Origin: Rhodoferax sp.
GTDB taxonomy: Bacteria; Pseudomonadota; Gammaproteobacteria; Burkholderiales; Burkholderiaceae_C
Direction of reading: 5' to 3'
Length of the DNA stretch: 64,000 nucleotides
Assembly: GCA_009693325.1 (NCBI GenBank)
Contig: SHXM01000001.1
Span: 1,423 to 65,422 of the forward strand
Below the pieces are notes generated by a model. It made no database searches and had not been told where the DNA came from. It was given only the letters and a program-made list of their open reading frames with translations. This document shows positions 30,616 to 41,500 of this stretch, piece after piece. Both the position numbers and the translations under genes were made by a program. Within the stretch, counting starts at the first letter, position 1. The number at the start of each line of letters is the position of its first letter.

Positions 30616-31591
30616 GCCGGCCGACTTGGCTGGCCTTGGTTTTGGCCGCCCTGACATCGACGCCGCCTTGGCCCGGCTGGATCAGGGGGGAAGACACTTT
30701 TTGCGTCAAACGCCGCTTTGGAAACTCCCTGGCGCAGACTTGGGCCTTCGCTGTGCCCAAGTCTGGTTCAAGCTCGAGCACCAGCAAGTTGGCGGCAGCT
30801 TCAAAGCCCGCGGCATGCTCAACCGCATGCTCGCACAGCCCATCGGGCCGGCTGGCGTAACCATTGCTTCTGGTGGCAATGCCGGCATTGCAGCTGCTGC
30901 CGCCGCCAAGGCGCTGGGCGTTCCCTGTGAGGTGTTTGTCTCGGCGGTATCCAGCCTGGCCAAGCGAGAGCGCTTGCTCGAACTCGGCGCCGTGGTGGCC
31001 GTGGTGGGCGAGGGCTATGCCCAGGCCTTTGAGGCCTGCTTGGCGCGTCAAAAACTCAGCGGCGCCCTGTTGATGCACGCTTATGACCAGGTCGAGGTGG
31101 TGGCTGGTGCCGCCACGCTGGGCGCCGAGATCGAGGCCCAGGGCGGCGTGCCCGACAGTGTGCTGGTCAGTGTAGGCGGCGGCGGTTTGATTGGCGGCAT
31201 CGCATCCTGGTTTGGCGAGCGGGCCCGGGTGGTGGCGCTCGAGCCAGAATTGGCGCCCACGCTGCACCGCGCGCGAGCGGCTGGCACGCCGGTCGATGTG
31301 GCAGTGAGTGGCATTGCGGCCGATTCGCTGGGCGCCAAACGCATTGGCGATATTTCTTGGGCCGTGACACAGCGCCATGTCAAAGACGCGCTGCTGCTGC
31401 CAGACGCCGCTATTCGCGCCGCCCAGTTGTGGGTGTGGCAAGAACTGAAACTGGCCGTTGAGCCGGCCGCTGCGCTGGGCCTGGCAGCCCTGCAGACCGG
31501 GGCCTACGTGCCGAGGCCGGACGAGACGGTGTGCTTGATCCTGTGCGGGGCCAACCTGGACCCGGCGTCGCTGAGCGCCGCACCAGCCTGA
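30605..31591 (+). CDS. Threonine/serine dehydratase family PLP enzyme
   Basis: KLE..Q.GGSFKARG, SGGNAG, VGGGGL, VEPAAA. Confidence 0.88.
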   Translation: MQTEPADLAGLGFGRPDIDAALARLDQGGRHFLRQTPLWKLPGADLGLRCAQVWFKLEHQQVGGSFKARGMLNRMLAQPIGPAGVTIASGGNAGIAAAAAAKALGVPCEVFVSAVSSLAKRERLLELGAVVAVVGEGYAQAFEACLARQKLSGALLMHAYDQVEVVAGAATLGAEIEAQGGVPDSVLVSVGGGGLIGGIASWFGERARVVALEPELAPTLHRARAAGTPVDVAVSGIAADSLGAKRIGDISWAVTQRHVKDALLLPDAAIRAAQLWVWQELKLAVEPAAALGLAALQTGAYVPRPDETVCLILCGANLDPASLSAAPA

Positions 31592-31605
31592 AAATCTACA
31601 ATTAA

Positions 31606-32940
<1,335 letters not shown>

Positions 32941-33129
32941 TGGCTGCCATGAGTCCAGGGGCGGGGAGTCCTGCCTGCGGTGGGTTGAACCGACATTGTC
33001 CATTAGGCGCCTCAGTCAGAACACAACGGCCTTGTCATTGCATCCATCTGCGCGCCAAACCCTCATGCACAACTTTGGTTAAATTTCGCGAGGCCAAGCC
33101 CTCCCCCGCATGACGCGGAACAGGCGCGG

Positions 33130-33146
33130 TTGGCCAGGCCCTTGCA
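33130..33146 (+). promoter_or_regulatory. Candidate sigma-54 (-24/-12) promoter of the ddp operon
   Basis: TTGGCCAGGCCCTTGCA has exact TGGC-N7-TTGC spacing; an NtrC-like box lies at 33066-33082. Confidence 0.45.
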
Positions 33147-33325
33147 AAGGCGCGCCGCCGATGTCGTCGGACCGTCATTCAGCCTGCCTACATTGCACTG
33201 GCCGGTGCCCAGGCGACCATCCTGGGCAAGCAGGGCATCAATGGGCTAACCAGGACGTGATGCCACCGGCGCCAAATTAGAAACTCGTCGCATCTGCGGA
33301 TGCGGCGCAAGCAACCCCCCCGCCT

Positions 33326-33907
33326 ATGACCACGCCAAACCACCCCCTGGTAAGCATCAGTGCGGCCACGCAAGGCGTGCTGCTCGAGCTGGCCTATGCC
33401 ACTGCCAACAATGTGGCGGGGCGGATCATCTATGCGCGCGCCCTGTGTTTGCTGCACCGTGATGCCGAGGTGTGCCTGTGCCGGGCCGTGGTCTTGGCCG
33501 CTCACTCTGGCTTTCGGTTAAAGATTTTTGATGCATTTCGACCCCAAGAGGCGCAACTCGTCTTGTGGCAGACCGCGCCCGACCGGGCCTATGTCGCAGA
33601 CCCGCAGGTCGGCTCCAACCACACCCGTGGCACAGCGCTGGACCTGACTCTGGTGGACAGCACTGGCGCAGAGCTGGACATGGGCAGCGGTTTTGACGAA
33701 ATGAGCCAGTTGTCCCACCACTTCAACACCGCCGTGTCGGCCCAGGCGCAGGCCAACCGGCAACTGCTTCTGAGCATCATGGAAGGGGCAGGCTTTGTCC
33801 ACATTGCCCACGAGTGGTGGCATTACGCACTGCCTGAGCCGTCGCGTTATCCACTGCTGTCGAGCGAAGCTTTGGGGCCGCTGAACCCGATGCACAGCGC
33901 CCCCTGA
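33326..33907 (+). CDS. ddpX: D-alanyl-D-alanine dipeptidase (VanX family)
   Basis: YAT.NN..G, FDAFRP, SNHTRGTALD, EWWHY. Confidence 0.92.
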   Translation: MTTPNHPLVSISAATQGVLLELAYATANNVAGRIIYARALCLLHRDAEVCLCRAVVLAAHSGFRLKIFDAFRPQEAQLVLWQTAPDRAYVADPQVGSNHTRGTALDLTLVDSTGAELDMGSGFDEMSQLSHHFNTAVSAQAQANRQLLLSIMEGAGFVHIAHEWWHYALPEPSRYPLLSSEALGPLNPMHSAP

Positions 33908-33947
33908 GTGCCACGCTCGCCCCTGCCCGTCTTGGCTGGCCCTGCCC

Positions 33948-34009
33948 CTCATTCCCGTCGAAACGGGAATCCACAAAGTCACGGATCCCCGACCGAGCCG
34001 GGGATGACG
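33948..34009. repeat. REP-like double hairpin (CGTC-type REP, dRS3-like palindrome)
   Basis: ATTCCC-GTCGAAAC-GGGAAT at 33951-33970, then GGATCCCCG-ACCGAGC-CGGGGATGACG in opposite orientation. Confidence 0.7.
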
Positions 34010-34119
34010 GAGCAGGGTTTCCCCTAGTCAATTGAAATGGGCTTAAACTAAATTGTCTTCTTTCGAGTCTTTCCACGCGGGCCTCGAATCTTCATTCTTT
34101 ATTTCTCAAGGACTACTCC

Positions 34120-35733
34120 ATGAAATCTGCGCTTCCTGTTTTGAATCGTCGTCTCTTGGGCGTTGCGGCCGCCTGTGCCTTGGCTATCGGCCATGGCTTG
34201 AGCCCCGCACTGGCCGCCACCCCCAAAGACACTTTGGTGATCACCTCGGCTATGGACGACATCATCACCATGGACCCTGGCGAAGCCTTCGAAATCTCGG
34301 CGGGTGAAATCATGGGCAACTCGTATGACCGGCTGGTGCGTTATGACGTCAACGATCCGTCCAAACTGGTCGCGGACGTCGCCACCAAGTGGTCGGTATC
34401 GGCTGATGGTAAGACCTACTCCTTCGAATTGCGCCCCGGTGTGAAATTCGCCTCCGGCAATGCGCTGACGGCTGAAGACGTGGTCTATTCGCTGCAACGC
34501 GCCGTGCAGTTGGACAAGACGCCGGCCTTCATCCTGACCCAGTTCGGGCTGACCAAGGACAACGTCAAGGACAAGATCAAGCAGACCGGTCCGTTGACGC
34601 TGACCATGGAGACCGACAAGTCGTACGCCCCGACCTTCGTCTACAACTGCCTGACTGCCAATGTGGCCTCCATCGTTGACAAGAAGCTGTTGATGTCCAA
34701 AGAAGTCGGCGGCGACATGGGCTACGGCTGGCTCAAGACCAATTACGCGGGCTCGGGTCCGTTAAAGCTGCGCGAGTGGCGTGCAAACGAGGTCATTGCC
34801 CTGGAGCGCAACGACAATTACTGGGGCGAAAAATCTAAGTTGTCGCGGGTGATCTACCGGCACGTCAAAGAGGCAGCGACCCAGCGCTTGATGCTGGAGA
34901 AGGGCGATGCCGACATGGCGCGCAACCTGACGCCGCAGGACTTGGCAGCGCTGGCCAGCAACAAGGACATCAAGATCACCGCAACCCCAAAGGGCTATGT
35001 CTGGTACTTCAGCCTTAACCAGAAACACCCGATCTTGTCCAAGCCCGAAGTGCGCGAGGCCTTCAAGTGGCTGGTTGACTATGACGCCATCGGCAGCACC
35101 ATGATCAAGAATATTGGGGTGGTTCATCAGAACTTCCTGCCGGTCGGTCTGCTGGGTGCTAGCACCGAAAAAACCTACAAACTCGACGTGGAAAAAGCCA
35201 AGGCCCTGTTGGCCAAGGCCGGGCATCCCAACGGCTTCAAGATCACGATGGACATGCGTACCACCCAACCGATTCAAGGCATCACCGAGGCGTTCCAGCA
35301 AACCGCCAAACGCGCCGGTATCGACATTGAAATCCTGCCAGGCGACGGCAAGCAGACACTCACCAAGTACCGGGCGCGGCAACACGACATCTACATCGGT
35401 ACCTGGGGTGCCGATTACTGGGATCCGCATACCAATGCGGACACCTTCGCGCGCAACATGGATAACAAGGATGACGCCAAGTCCAAGCCGCTGGCCTGGC
35501 GGAATGCCTGGGACATCCCCGACATGACCAAGAAGTCGGATGCGGCGGTGATTGAGCGCGATGCCGGCAAACGAACCGTGATGTATGCTGACATTCAGGC
35601 TGAACACCGCAAGTCCAGCCCCTTCGTCCTCTTGGGTCAGCAGATCGAGACGGCTGCCGTGCGCGCGGACGTCAATGGCTTGAAGCTCGGGCCGACCTCT
35701 GATTCGACCTACATGTTCAAGGTCACCAAGTAA
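34120..35733 (+). CDS. ddpA: Dipeptide ABC transporter substrate-binding protein (DdpA-like)
   Basis: Family-5 motifs (DPGE.FE, KFASGN.LTAEDV, AGSGP, W..DY.DP); follows ddpX. Confidence 0.8.
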   Translation: MKSALPVLNRRLLGVAAACALAIGHGLSPALAATPKDTLVITSAMDDIITMDPGEAFEISAGEIMGNSYDRLVRYDVNDPSKLVADVATKWSVSADGKTYSFELRPGVKFASGNALTAEDVVYSLQRAVQLDKTPAFILTQFGLTKDNVKDKIKQTGPLTLTMETDKSYAPTFVYNCLTANVASIVDKKLLMSKEVGGDMGYGWLKTNYAGSGPLKLREWRANEVIALERNDNYWGEKSKLSRVIYRHVKEAATQRLMLEKGDADMARNLTPQDLAALASNKDIKITATPKGYVWYFSLNQKHPILSKPEVREAFKWLVDYDAIGSTMIKNIGVVHQNFLPVGLLGASTEKTYKLDVEKAKALLAKAGHPNGFKITMDMRTTQPIQGITEAFQQTAKRAGIDIEILPGDGKQTLTKYRARQHDIYIGTWGADYWDPHTNADTFARNMDNKDDAKSKPLAWRNAWDIPDMTKKSDAAVIERDAGKRTVMYADIQAEHRKSSPFVLLGQQIETAAVRADVNGLKLGPTSDSTYMFKVTK

Positions 35734-35746
35734 GGCCTGAGGGCTG

Positions 35747-36826
35747 TTGATCTTGGATTCTCGGGCCCCTGCGCAGGTGCCGCCTGCGCGCGGGAGGGGC
35801 GTCGGCCTGAAGCGCCATGCGTGGCGAGCCAGCCGGTTTCTGGTGGTCATCCTGATGACCTACCTGGGCTTGCTCGCCGTTACGTTTTTCATCGGGCGTG
35901 TGATACCGATTGACCCGGTGCTGGCTATCGTCGGCGACCGGGCGCCCGAGCACGTGGTGGAACGGGTGCGCGAAGAAATGGGCCTGAACAGGCCGCTGTA
36001 TGCGCAATTTGGCATCTACCTGAAGAAGGTTGTTACCGGTGACTTCGGCACCTCGGTGCTGACCTCCAACCCGGTCATGACGGACATCCGGCGCACCTTT
36101 CCCGCCACCATCGAGTTGGCCACGCTGGGTATCCTGATCGGAGCCGGCTTGGGCGTGCCCTTGGGGGTGTGGGCGGCGGTCAGGCGGGGTGATCTGGTGG
36201 ACCAACTGGTGCGGGTGATGGGTCTGATCGGCTATTCGGTGCCGATTTTCTGGCTCGGGCTGATGGGCCTGGTGCTGTTTTATGCCAAGCTGGGTTGGGT
36301 GAGTGGGCCTGGGCGAATCGATGTTGCCTATGAGTATTCGGTCACGCTTGAGAGCGGTTTCCTGCTACTCGACACCGCACGCCAGGGGCAGTGGGACGCG
36401 TTCCGCAACGTTCTGTCGCACCTGATCCTGCCCGCTTCCCTACTGGGCTATTTTTCATTGGCCTACATCAGCCGCATGACCCGCTCATTCATGCTGCATG
36501 AGCTGAGCCAGGAGTACGTGGTGGCCGCCCGCGCCAAAGGCTTGTCTGAGACCCGCATCATCTGGCGCCATGCCCTGCGTAACGCCATGGTTCCGCTGGT
36601 GACGGTGATTGCCCTGTCTTACGCCGGCCTGCTTGAGGGCTCGGTCCTGACCGAGACCGTGTTTGCCTGGCCGGGCTTGGGGCTGTACATCACCAACTCG
36701 CTGCAAAACGCTGACATGAACGCCGTGCTGGGCGGCACCATCATCGTCGGCTCGGTCTTCATTGGTTTGAACCTGCTGTCCGACTTGCTGTACCAGTGGC
36801 TCGATCCGCGGACCCGGATGCCCTGA
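35747..36826 (+). CDS. ddpB: Dipeptide ABC permease (DdpB/DppB-like)
   Basis: DPVLAIVG, FPATIEL, ARAKGL...HALRNA, ETVFAWPGLG; start uncertain. Confidence 0.8.
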   Translation: MILDSRAPAQVPPARGRGVGLKRHAWRASRFLVVILMTYLGLLAVTFFIGRVIPIDPVLAIVGDRAPEHVVERVREEMGLNRPLYAQFGIYLKKVVTGDFGTSVLTSNPVMTDIRRTFPATIELATLGILIGAGLGVPLGVWAAVRRGDLVDQLVRVMGLIGYSVPIFWLGLMGLVLFYAKLGWVSGPGRIDVAYEYSVTLESGFLLLDTARQGQWDAFRNVLSHLILPASLLGYFSLAYISRMTRSFMLHELSQEYVVAARAKGLSETRIIWRHALRNAMVPLVTVIALSYAGLLEGSVLTETVFAWPGLGLYITNSLQNADMNAVLGGTIIVGSVFIGLNLLSDLLYQWLDPRTRMP

Positions 36827-36836
36827 ATCGCACACC

Positions 36837-37775
36837 ATGACTGACCTTACCAAGGCTGTTCGGTCGCCGCGCCCAGAAACCCTCCACGATTGGCTGATGG
36901 CCGAGCGGCCGCAGTCGCGCCGGCAGGCGGCCCTGGGCCAGGCCTATGGCGCCTGGCGCACCTTTGCCCGCAACCGCCTGGCCATGGTTGGCCTGGGCAT
37001 CGTGCTGATGTTGGTGCTGGTGGCGGTGTTCGCCGACCTGCTGGCCCCCTACTCCCCGTATATTGGCGACCTGCGCACCACCCGCCTGTTGCCGCCCTCC
37101 GCGGCGCACTGGTTTGGCACCGACGACCAGGGGCGCGACATCCTTTCGCGCATCATCCATGGTTCGCGCATCACGCTCTATGTGGTGGTGCTGGTGGCGG
37201 TACTGGCCGCGCCCATCGGCCTGCTGGTGGGTACGGTGGCCGGTTACCTGGGCGGCTGGACCGATGCGGTGCTGATGCGCATCACCGACATCTTTCTGGC
37301 TTTTCCCCGGCTCATCCTGGCGCTGGCTTTTGTCGCGGCGCTTGGGCCCGGCATTGAAAACGCGGTGATCGCAATCGCCATCACCTCCTGGCCGCCCTAT
37401 GCCCGCATTGCCCGCGCCGAAACTCTCACCATCCGGCAGGCCGATTACATTGCCGCGGTGCAGCTGATCGGCGCGTCACCCTGGCGCATTGTGCTGCGCC
37501 ACATCATGCCGCTGTGTGTGTCCTCGGTGATCGTGCGGGTCACGCTTGATATGGCCGGCATCATCCTCACTGCCGCCGGCCTGGGCTTTTTGGGTCTGGG
37601 CGCGCAGCCGCCCATGCCCGAGTGGGGCGCCCTGATCGCCAACGGCCGGCTCTATGTGCTGGACCAGTGGTGGGTGGCGGCAGCGCCTGGTGCGGCCATC
37701 TTTCTGGTGAGCCTGGCCTTCAATTTGCTGGGAGACGGCCTGCGCGATGTGCTTGACCCCAAGGCCGCCAAATGA
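36837..37775 (+). CDS. ddpC: Dipeptide ABC permease (DdpC/DppC-like)
   Basis: HWFGTD..GRD, LGFLGLGAQPP.PEWG, FNLLGDGLRD. Confidence 0.8.
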   Translation: MTDLTKAVRSPRPETLHDWLMAERPQSRRQAALGQAYGAWRTFARNRLAMVGLGIVLMLVLVAVFADLLAPYSPYIGDLRTTRLLPPSAAHWFGTDDQGRDILSRIIHGSRITLYVVVLVAVLAAPIGLLVGTVAGYLGGWTDAVLMRITDIFLAFPRLILALAFVAALGPGIENAVIAIAITSWPPYARIARAETLTIRQADYIAAVQLIGASPWRIVLRHIMPLCVSSVIVRVTLDMAGIILTAAGLGFLGLGAQPPMPEWGALIANGRLYVLDQWWVAAAPGAAIFLVSLAFNLLGDGLRDVLDPKAAK

Positions 37776-38650
37776 GTGGCTATCAGGGCGCTCAGCCCGC
37801 AAGCAGCAACAACAACGCCCCAGTGCTGGTGGTCGATGATCTTTGTGTGGCCTTTCCCAACCGGGACGGCGGCTACACCGAAGCGGTGCGCGGCGTCAGT
37901 TTTACCCTGGGGCGAGAGCGCTTGGGCATTGTGGGCGAGTCGGGTTCAGGCAAGTCGCAGACCGGGCGGGCCATCCTTGGTTTGACTGCGCCGGAAGGAC
38001 GGGTGACGGCCAAGCGCTTGGCTTTTCAAGGCACAGATCTGATGCATTGCTCGGCGCAGCAAAGGCGCGCGCTGCGTGGCGGCCGTATTGCCATGGTGCT
38101 GCAGGATCCCAAGTTTTCGCTCAACCCGGTGATGACCATCGGCGAGCAGATTGTCGAGACACTGCGTACCCACAGCCGGGTCAGCGGTGCTGAGGCGCGT
38201 CGGGCCGCCTTGGCGGCGCTGGAGGCGGTGCAAATTGACGACCCGGTCCGAGTCTGCCGGCTCTACCCGCATGAGGTATCGGGCGGCATGGGCCAGCGCG
38301 CCATGATCGCCATGATGCTGATCGCCAACCCTGAGCTGCTGATTGCCGATGAGCCCACCTCGGCGCTGGATGTCACGGTGCAGCTGCAGGTGCTGGCCAT
38401 TTTGGATGGGCTGGTGCGCCAGCGTGGCATGGGCCTGATCTTCATCTCGCACGACCTGCGTCTGGTCTCTACCTTTTGCGACCGCATTCTGGTGATGTAC
38501 GCCGGCCGGGTGGTCGAAGAAATCGTCGCCGGCGCCCTCGCCGATGCCCGTCACCCCTACACGCTGGGCCTGCTCAATTGCCTGCCCAGGCTGGGCGATG
38601 CCCGCCACCCGCTGCCCACGCTGGACCGAAAGCCGGAGTGGGCGCTGTGA
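37772..38650 (+). CDS. ddpD: Dipeptide ABC ATP-binding protein (DdpD-like)
   Basis: GESGSGKS, SGGMGQR, ADEPTSALD. Confidence 0.8.
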   Translation: MSGYQGAQPASSNNNAPVLVVDDLCVAFPNRDGGYTEAVRGVSFTLGRERLGIVGESGSGKSQTGRAILGLTAPEGRVTAKRLAFQGTDLMHCSAQQRRALRGGRIAMVLQDPKFSLNPVMTIGEQIVETLRTHSRVSGAEARRAALAALEAVQIDDPVRVCRLYPHEVSGGMGQRAMIAMMLIANPELLIADEPTSALDVTVQLQVLAILDGLVRQRGMGLIFISHDLRLVSTFCDRILVMYAGRVVEEIVAGALADARHPYTLGLLNCLPRLGDARHPLPTLDRKPEWAL

Positions 38651-39435
38651 GCCGCCCGGTTGGTCTGGCTGTGCAGGGCCTGCGCGTCAGCTACGACGGC
38701 TTTGTTGCGGTGGCCGACACCTCGTTCCAGGTCGAGCCCGGTGGCAGCTTTGGGCTGGTGGGTGAGTCGGGCTCTGGAAAATCGACCGTGCTGCGCGCCA
38801 TCTGCGGGCTCGCACCCTTGGCCGCCGGTAGCGTGCAACTGCTGGGTGAATCTGCGCAGGCCGGCGCTGGGCCTGCGCTGCCCAAGCCCGGCAGCAAGCC
38901 GTTTCGCCGCCTGGTGCAGATGGTGTTCCAGGACCCCTATGGTTCGCTGCACCCGCGTCAGACGGTGGACCGCATCCTGGCCGAGCCGCTGGCCATTCAC
39001 CACATGAGCGATGCCGAAGTCCGCATTGAACGCGCCCTTGATGAGGTGGGCCTGGGCACCGGTTATCGCTTTCGCTACCCGCACCAACTGTCGGGCGGCC
39101 AGCGCCAGCGCATTGCGATTGCACGGGCCCTGATTCTGGAGCCGCAGATTTTGCTGCTCGATGAACCCACCTCGGCGCTGGACGCCTCGGTGCAGGCCGA
39201 GGTGCTCAACCTGCTAGAAGACCTGCGCCGCCGGCGTGGCCTGACCTTTGTCATGGTCAGCCACGATCTGGCGGTGGTGACCCACCTGTGCGAGCGCCTG
39301 ATGGTGATGCAGCGCGGCCAGACGGTGGAACTGGTCAGCTCGGCCGACCTGGCGGCCAGCCGGGTCAGCCATCCCTACACCCGCAATCTGATGGAAGCCT
39401 CTACGGGCTTTCGCCGCACCGGAGAGTCGCCATGA
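38647..39435 (+). CDS. ddpF: Dipeptide ABC ATP-binding protein (DdpF-like)
   Basis: GESGSGKS, LSGGQRQR, LLDEPTSALD; GTG start overlaps the previous stop. Confidence 0.8.
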   Translation: MSRPVGLAVQGLRVSYDGFVAVADTSFQVEPGGSFGLVGESGSGKSTVLRAICGLAPLAAGSVQLLGESAQAGAGPALPKPGSKPFRRLVQMVFQDPYGSLHPRQTVDRILAEPLAIHHMSDAEVRIERALDEVGLGTGYRFRYPHQLSGGQRQRIAIARALILEPQILLLDEPTSALDASVQAEVLNLLEDLRRRRGLTFVMVSHDLAVVTHLCERLMVMQRGQTVELVSSADLAASRVSHPYTRNLMEASTGFRRTGESP

Positions 39436-40397
39436 TCCATTGGGAAGCCCACGCCTGCCTGCCCCTGCATCCGCAGGCTAGTTTTGCGCCGATTGAGCGC
39501 TTTCGCGAGGCTGGTGTGCACTATGTGTCGGTCAATATTGGCATGGACATGAACCCGCTTTCGCAGGTCATGCAAACCATTGCCGGCTTTCGGGCCAGTA
39601 TCGCGGCACAGCCAGACTGCTTTATCCAAGCGTGCGGCGTCAAGGACATCGAGCGAGCCCAAGCCCAGGGCAAGATCGCCATCGGCTTTGACCTTGAGGG
39701 CGCTATGCCTCTGCTGGAGCAGCCCGACATGGTAGCCCTGTACCAAAGCCTGGGCGTGCGCCAGATTCACCTGGCCTACAACCGCAACAACAGCGTGGCA
39801 GGCGGCTGCCATGATGTAGAGCAGGGCCTTACGCCGCTGGGGCATGAGGTGGTGCAAGCCATCAACGCGGCTGGCGTTCTGATGGATTGTTCGCACACCG
39901 GGCGGCGTTGCAGCCTGGACATCATGGCGGCCTCGGGTCAGCCGGTGATCTTCAGCCATGCCAACCCACTGGCGCTGGTGGAACATGGCCGCAATATCAC
40001 CGACGAGCAGATACGGGCCTGCGCTGCCACTGGCGGCGTGGTCTGCGTCTCGGGCGTGTCGTTTTTTCTGGGCAACGCCTGGCCCACGGCGGTGGATGTG
40101 GCGCGGCACGCGGCTTATGTGGCCAACCTGGTGGGGGTGGAGCACGCCGGCATCGGCCTGGACATCAGCTTTCGCCAACCCGAACTCAACGACAACCCGC
40201 CGGACAACTACGACCCCAGCTACTGGTGGCCGCGGTCGGCCGGCTACAACCGGGCGCTGCAGCCATCCACCTACACCCCACTGGAGACCTGGCAGGTGCT
40301 TGGCCAAGCCCTGCAGGACACCGGCATGACCGCTGCCGAGGCTGCGCTGGTGATGGGCGGCAACATGATGCGGGTGGCGGGCCAGGTCTGGGCTTAA
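39432..40397 (+). CDS. Membrane dipeptidase (peptidase M19, renal dipeptidase family)
   Basis: FDLEG, LGVR...L.YN.NN, D.SH, SHAN, RNITDEQI, GIGLD; ATGA-coupled to ddpF. Confidence 0.88.
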   Translation: MIHWEAHACLPLHPQASFAPIERFREAGVHYVSVNIGMDMNPLSQVMQTIAGFRASIAAQPDCFIQACGVKDIERAQAQGKIAIGFDLEGAMPLLEQPDMVALYQSLGVRQIHLAYNRNNSVAGGCHDVEQGLTPLGHEVVQAINAAGVLMDCSHTGRRCSLDIMAASGQPVIFSHANPLALVEHGRNITDEQIRACAATGGVVCVSGVSFFLGNAWPTAVDVARHAAYVANLVGVEHAGIGLDISFRQPELNDNPPDNYDPSYWWPRSAGYNRALQPSTYTPLETWQVLGQALQDTGMTAAEAALVMGGNMMRVAGQVWA

Positions 40398-40526
40398 GCT
40401 CCTATCCACCCAAGTTGAGAACTTCAGCGATCCAGCACCTGCCTTTGCCCCTAGGGTTGTAGGCCACCAGCCGGGCGTCATCTCATCGCCGGTCGGTTCT
40501 GCGCAGGTCCGCCGCAGGAGTGGCGG

Positions 40527-41471
40527 CTAAATCGCGATCTTTGCGCGCGACATGCCAGCGGCCAGGTCCCAGTCCCGGCAGCCGGCGTAGGCGCCGCCAT
40601 CGTCAAACCATTGGCCGTGTTCTTGGATGGTCATCTTCGTGCAGTTGGCCGCCGCATAGTGGAACTGCAACGCCCGCCGGCGGTCGCTGCTGGTGTTCGG
40701 CGGCGTGCCGTGGTGGGTCAGGCCCGAGAAGAACAGCGCCCCGCCCGGCTTGAGTGGCACCACCACAGCACGCTCCACCGCTACCTTGCGGTCAGGCAGT
40801 TGGCAGTCCCGTACATGGTAGTGCTGGGCTGGTCCGTCCAGGTGCGAGCCAGGGATCACCTGCATGCAGCCGTTCTCAACCGTGGCTTCGTCCAGCGCGA
40901 TCCACACCCCAATGACCCCACCCAAAGGCGTGTAGTCAAAGTAGGCGGTGTCCTGGTGCCAGGGTTTCTCGGCCCCCACGAAGGGCGGCTTGAGCAGCGC
41001 CATGTCTTGGACCATCCGGGGTCCCCTGCCGATCAACTGCTCGAGCAGCGGCATCAGGCGCGGGCTGTCCGCCAGACTGCCGAGGCGTTTGTCAGCCTGG
41101 CAAAACAGCCACAGCTTGCGTATCCGGAGCTCTGGATCCGCCAGTCGATCGTCGGTGCCGCCGGTACTGAAGTGCGGCTCTTCTTGAACCCCGACGTGTT
41201 CGTTCCAGACCCGCCGCCAGGCGAGATCGGTCAGGGCCGTCTTTGCCAACTCAACCTGCTCGGGCGTCAGCAGGCCATCCATCGCCAGGTAGCCGTCAGT
41301 TTGGTACTGCAACAGTTCGGCATCGGTCCAGCGGTCACGCCAAGCTCGAGCCACGCTGCCAATGGCGCTCGCATCCGTCCGATAAAGAGACCGGCGGATG
41401 CGATCACGCTCGTCACTGGACGAGACATGCTCTGTTAAACCGTCATAGACTTTCTGTGTTGTGGCTGTCAT
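40527..41471 (-). CDS. Phytanoyl-CoA dioxygenase (PhyH) family Fe(II)/2-oxoglutarate oxygenase
   Basis: KPWHQD (HxD), WIALD.AT.ENGC..VIPGSH, HHGT..N....RRA. Start 41471 has a GGAG RBS. Confidence 0.88.
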   Translation of the reverse strand: MTATTQKVYDGLTEHVSSSDERDRIRRSLYRTDASAIGSVARAWRDRWTDAELLQYQTDGYLAMDGLLTPEQVELAKTALTDLAWRRVWNEHVGVQEEPHFSTGGTDDRLADPELRIRKLWLFCQADKRLGSLADSPRLMPLLEQLIGRGPRMVQDMALLKPPFVGAEKPWHQDTAYFDYTPLGGVIGVWIALDEATVENGCMQVIPGSHLDGPAQHYHVRDCQLPDRKVAVERAVVVPLKPGGALFFSGLTHHGTPPNTSSDRRRALQFHYAAANCTKMTIQEHGQWFDDGGAYAGCRDWDLAAGMSRAKIAI

Positions 41472-41500
41472 CGCTTGGCGCTCCATGATGTGTGCTGTGG

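Noticed and set aside
32941-33325. Possible tRNA-Ser or other RNA gene downstream of serS
   Set aside because: No cloverleaf, T-loop GTTCRA or CCA end found; the region looks like promoter DNA
33326-33907. VanX vancomycin resistance gene
   Set aside because: No vanH, vanA, vanR or vanS; the ABC dipeptide transporter context indicates DdpX
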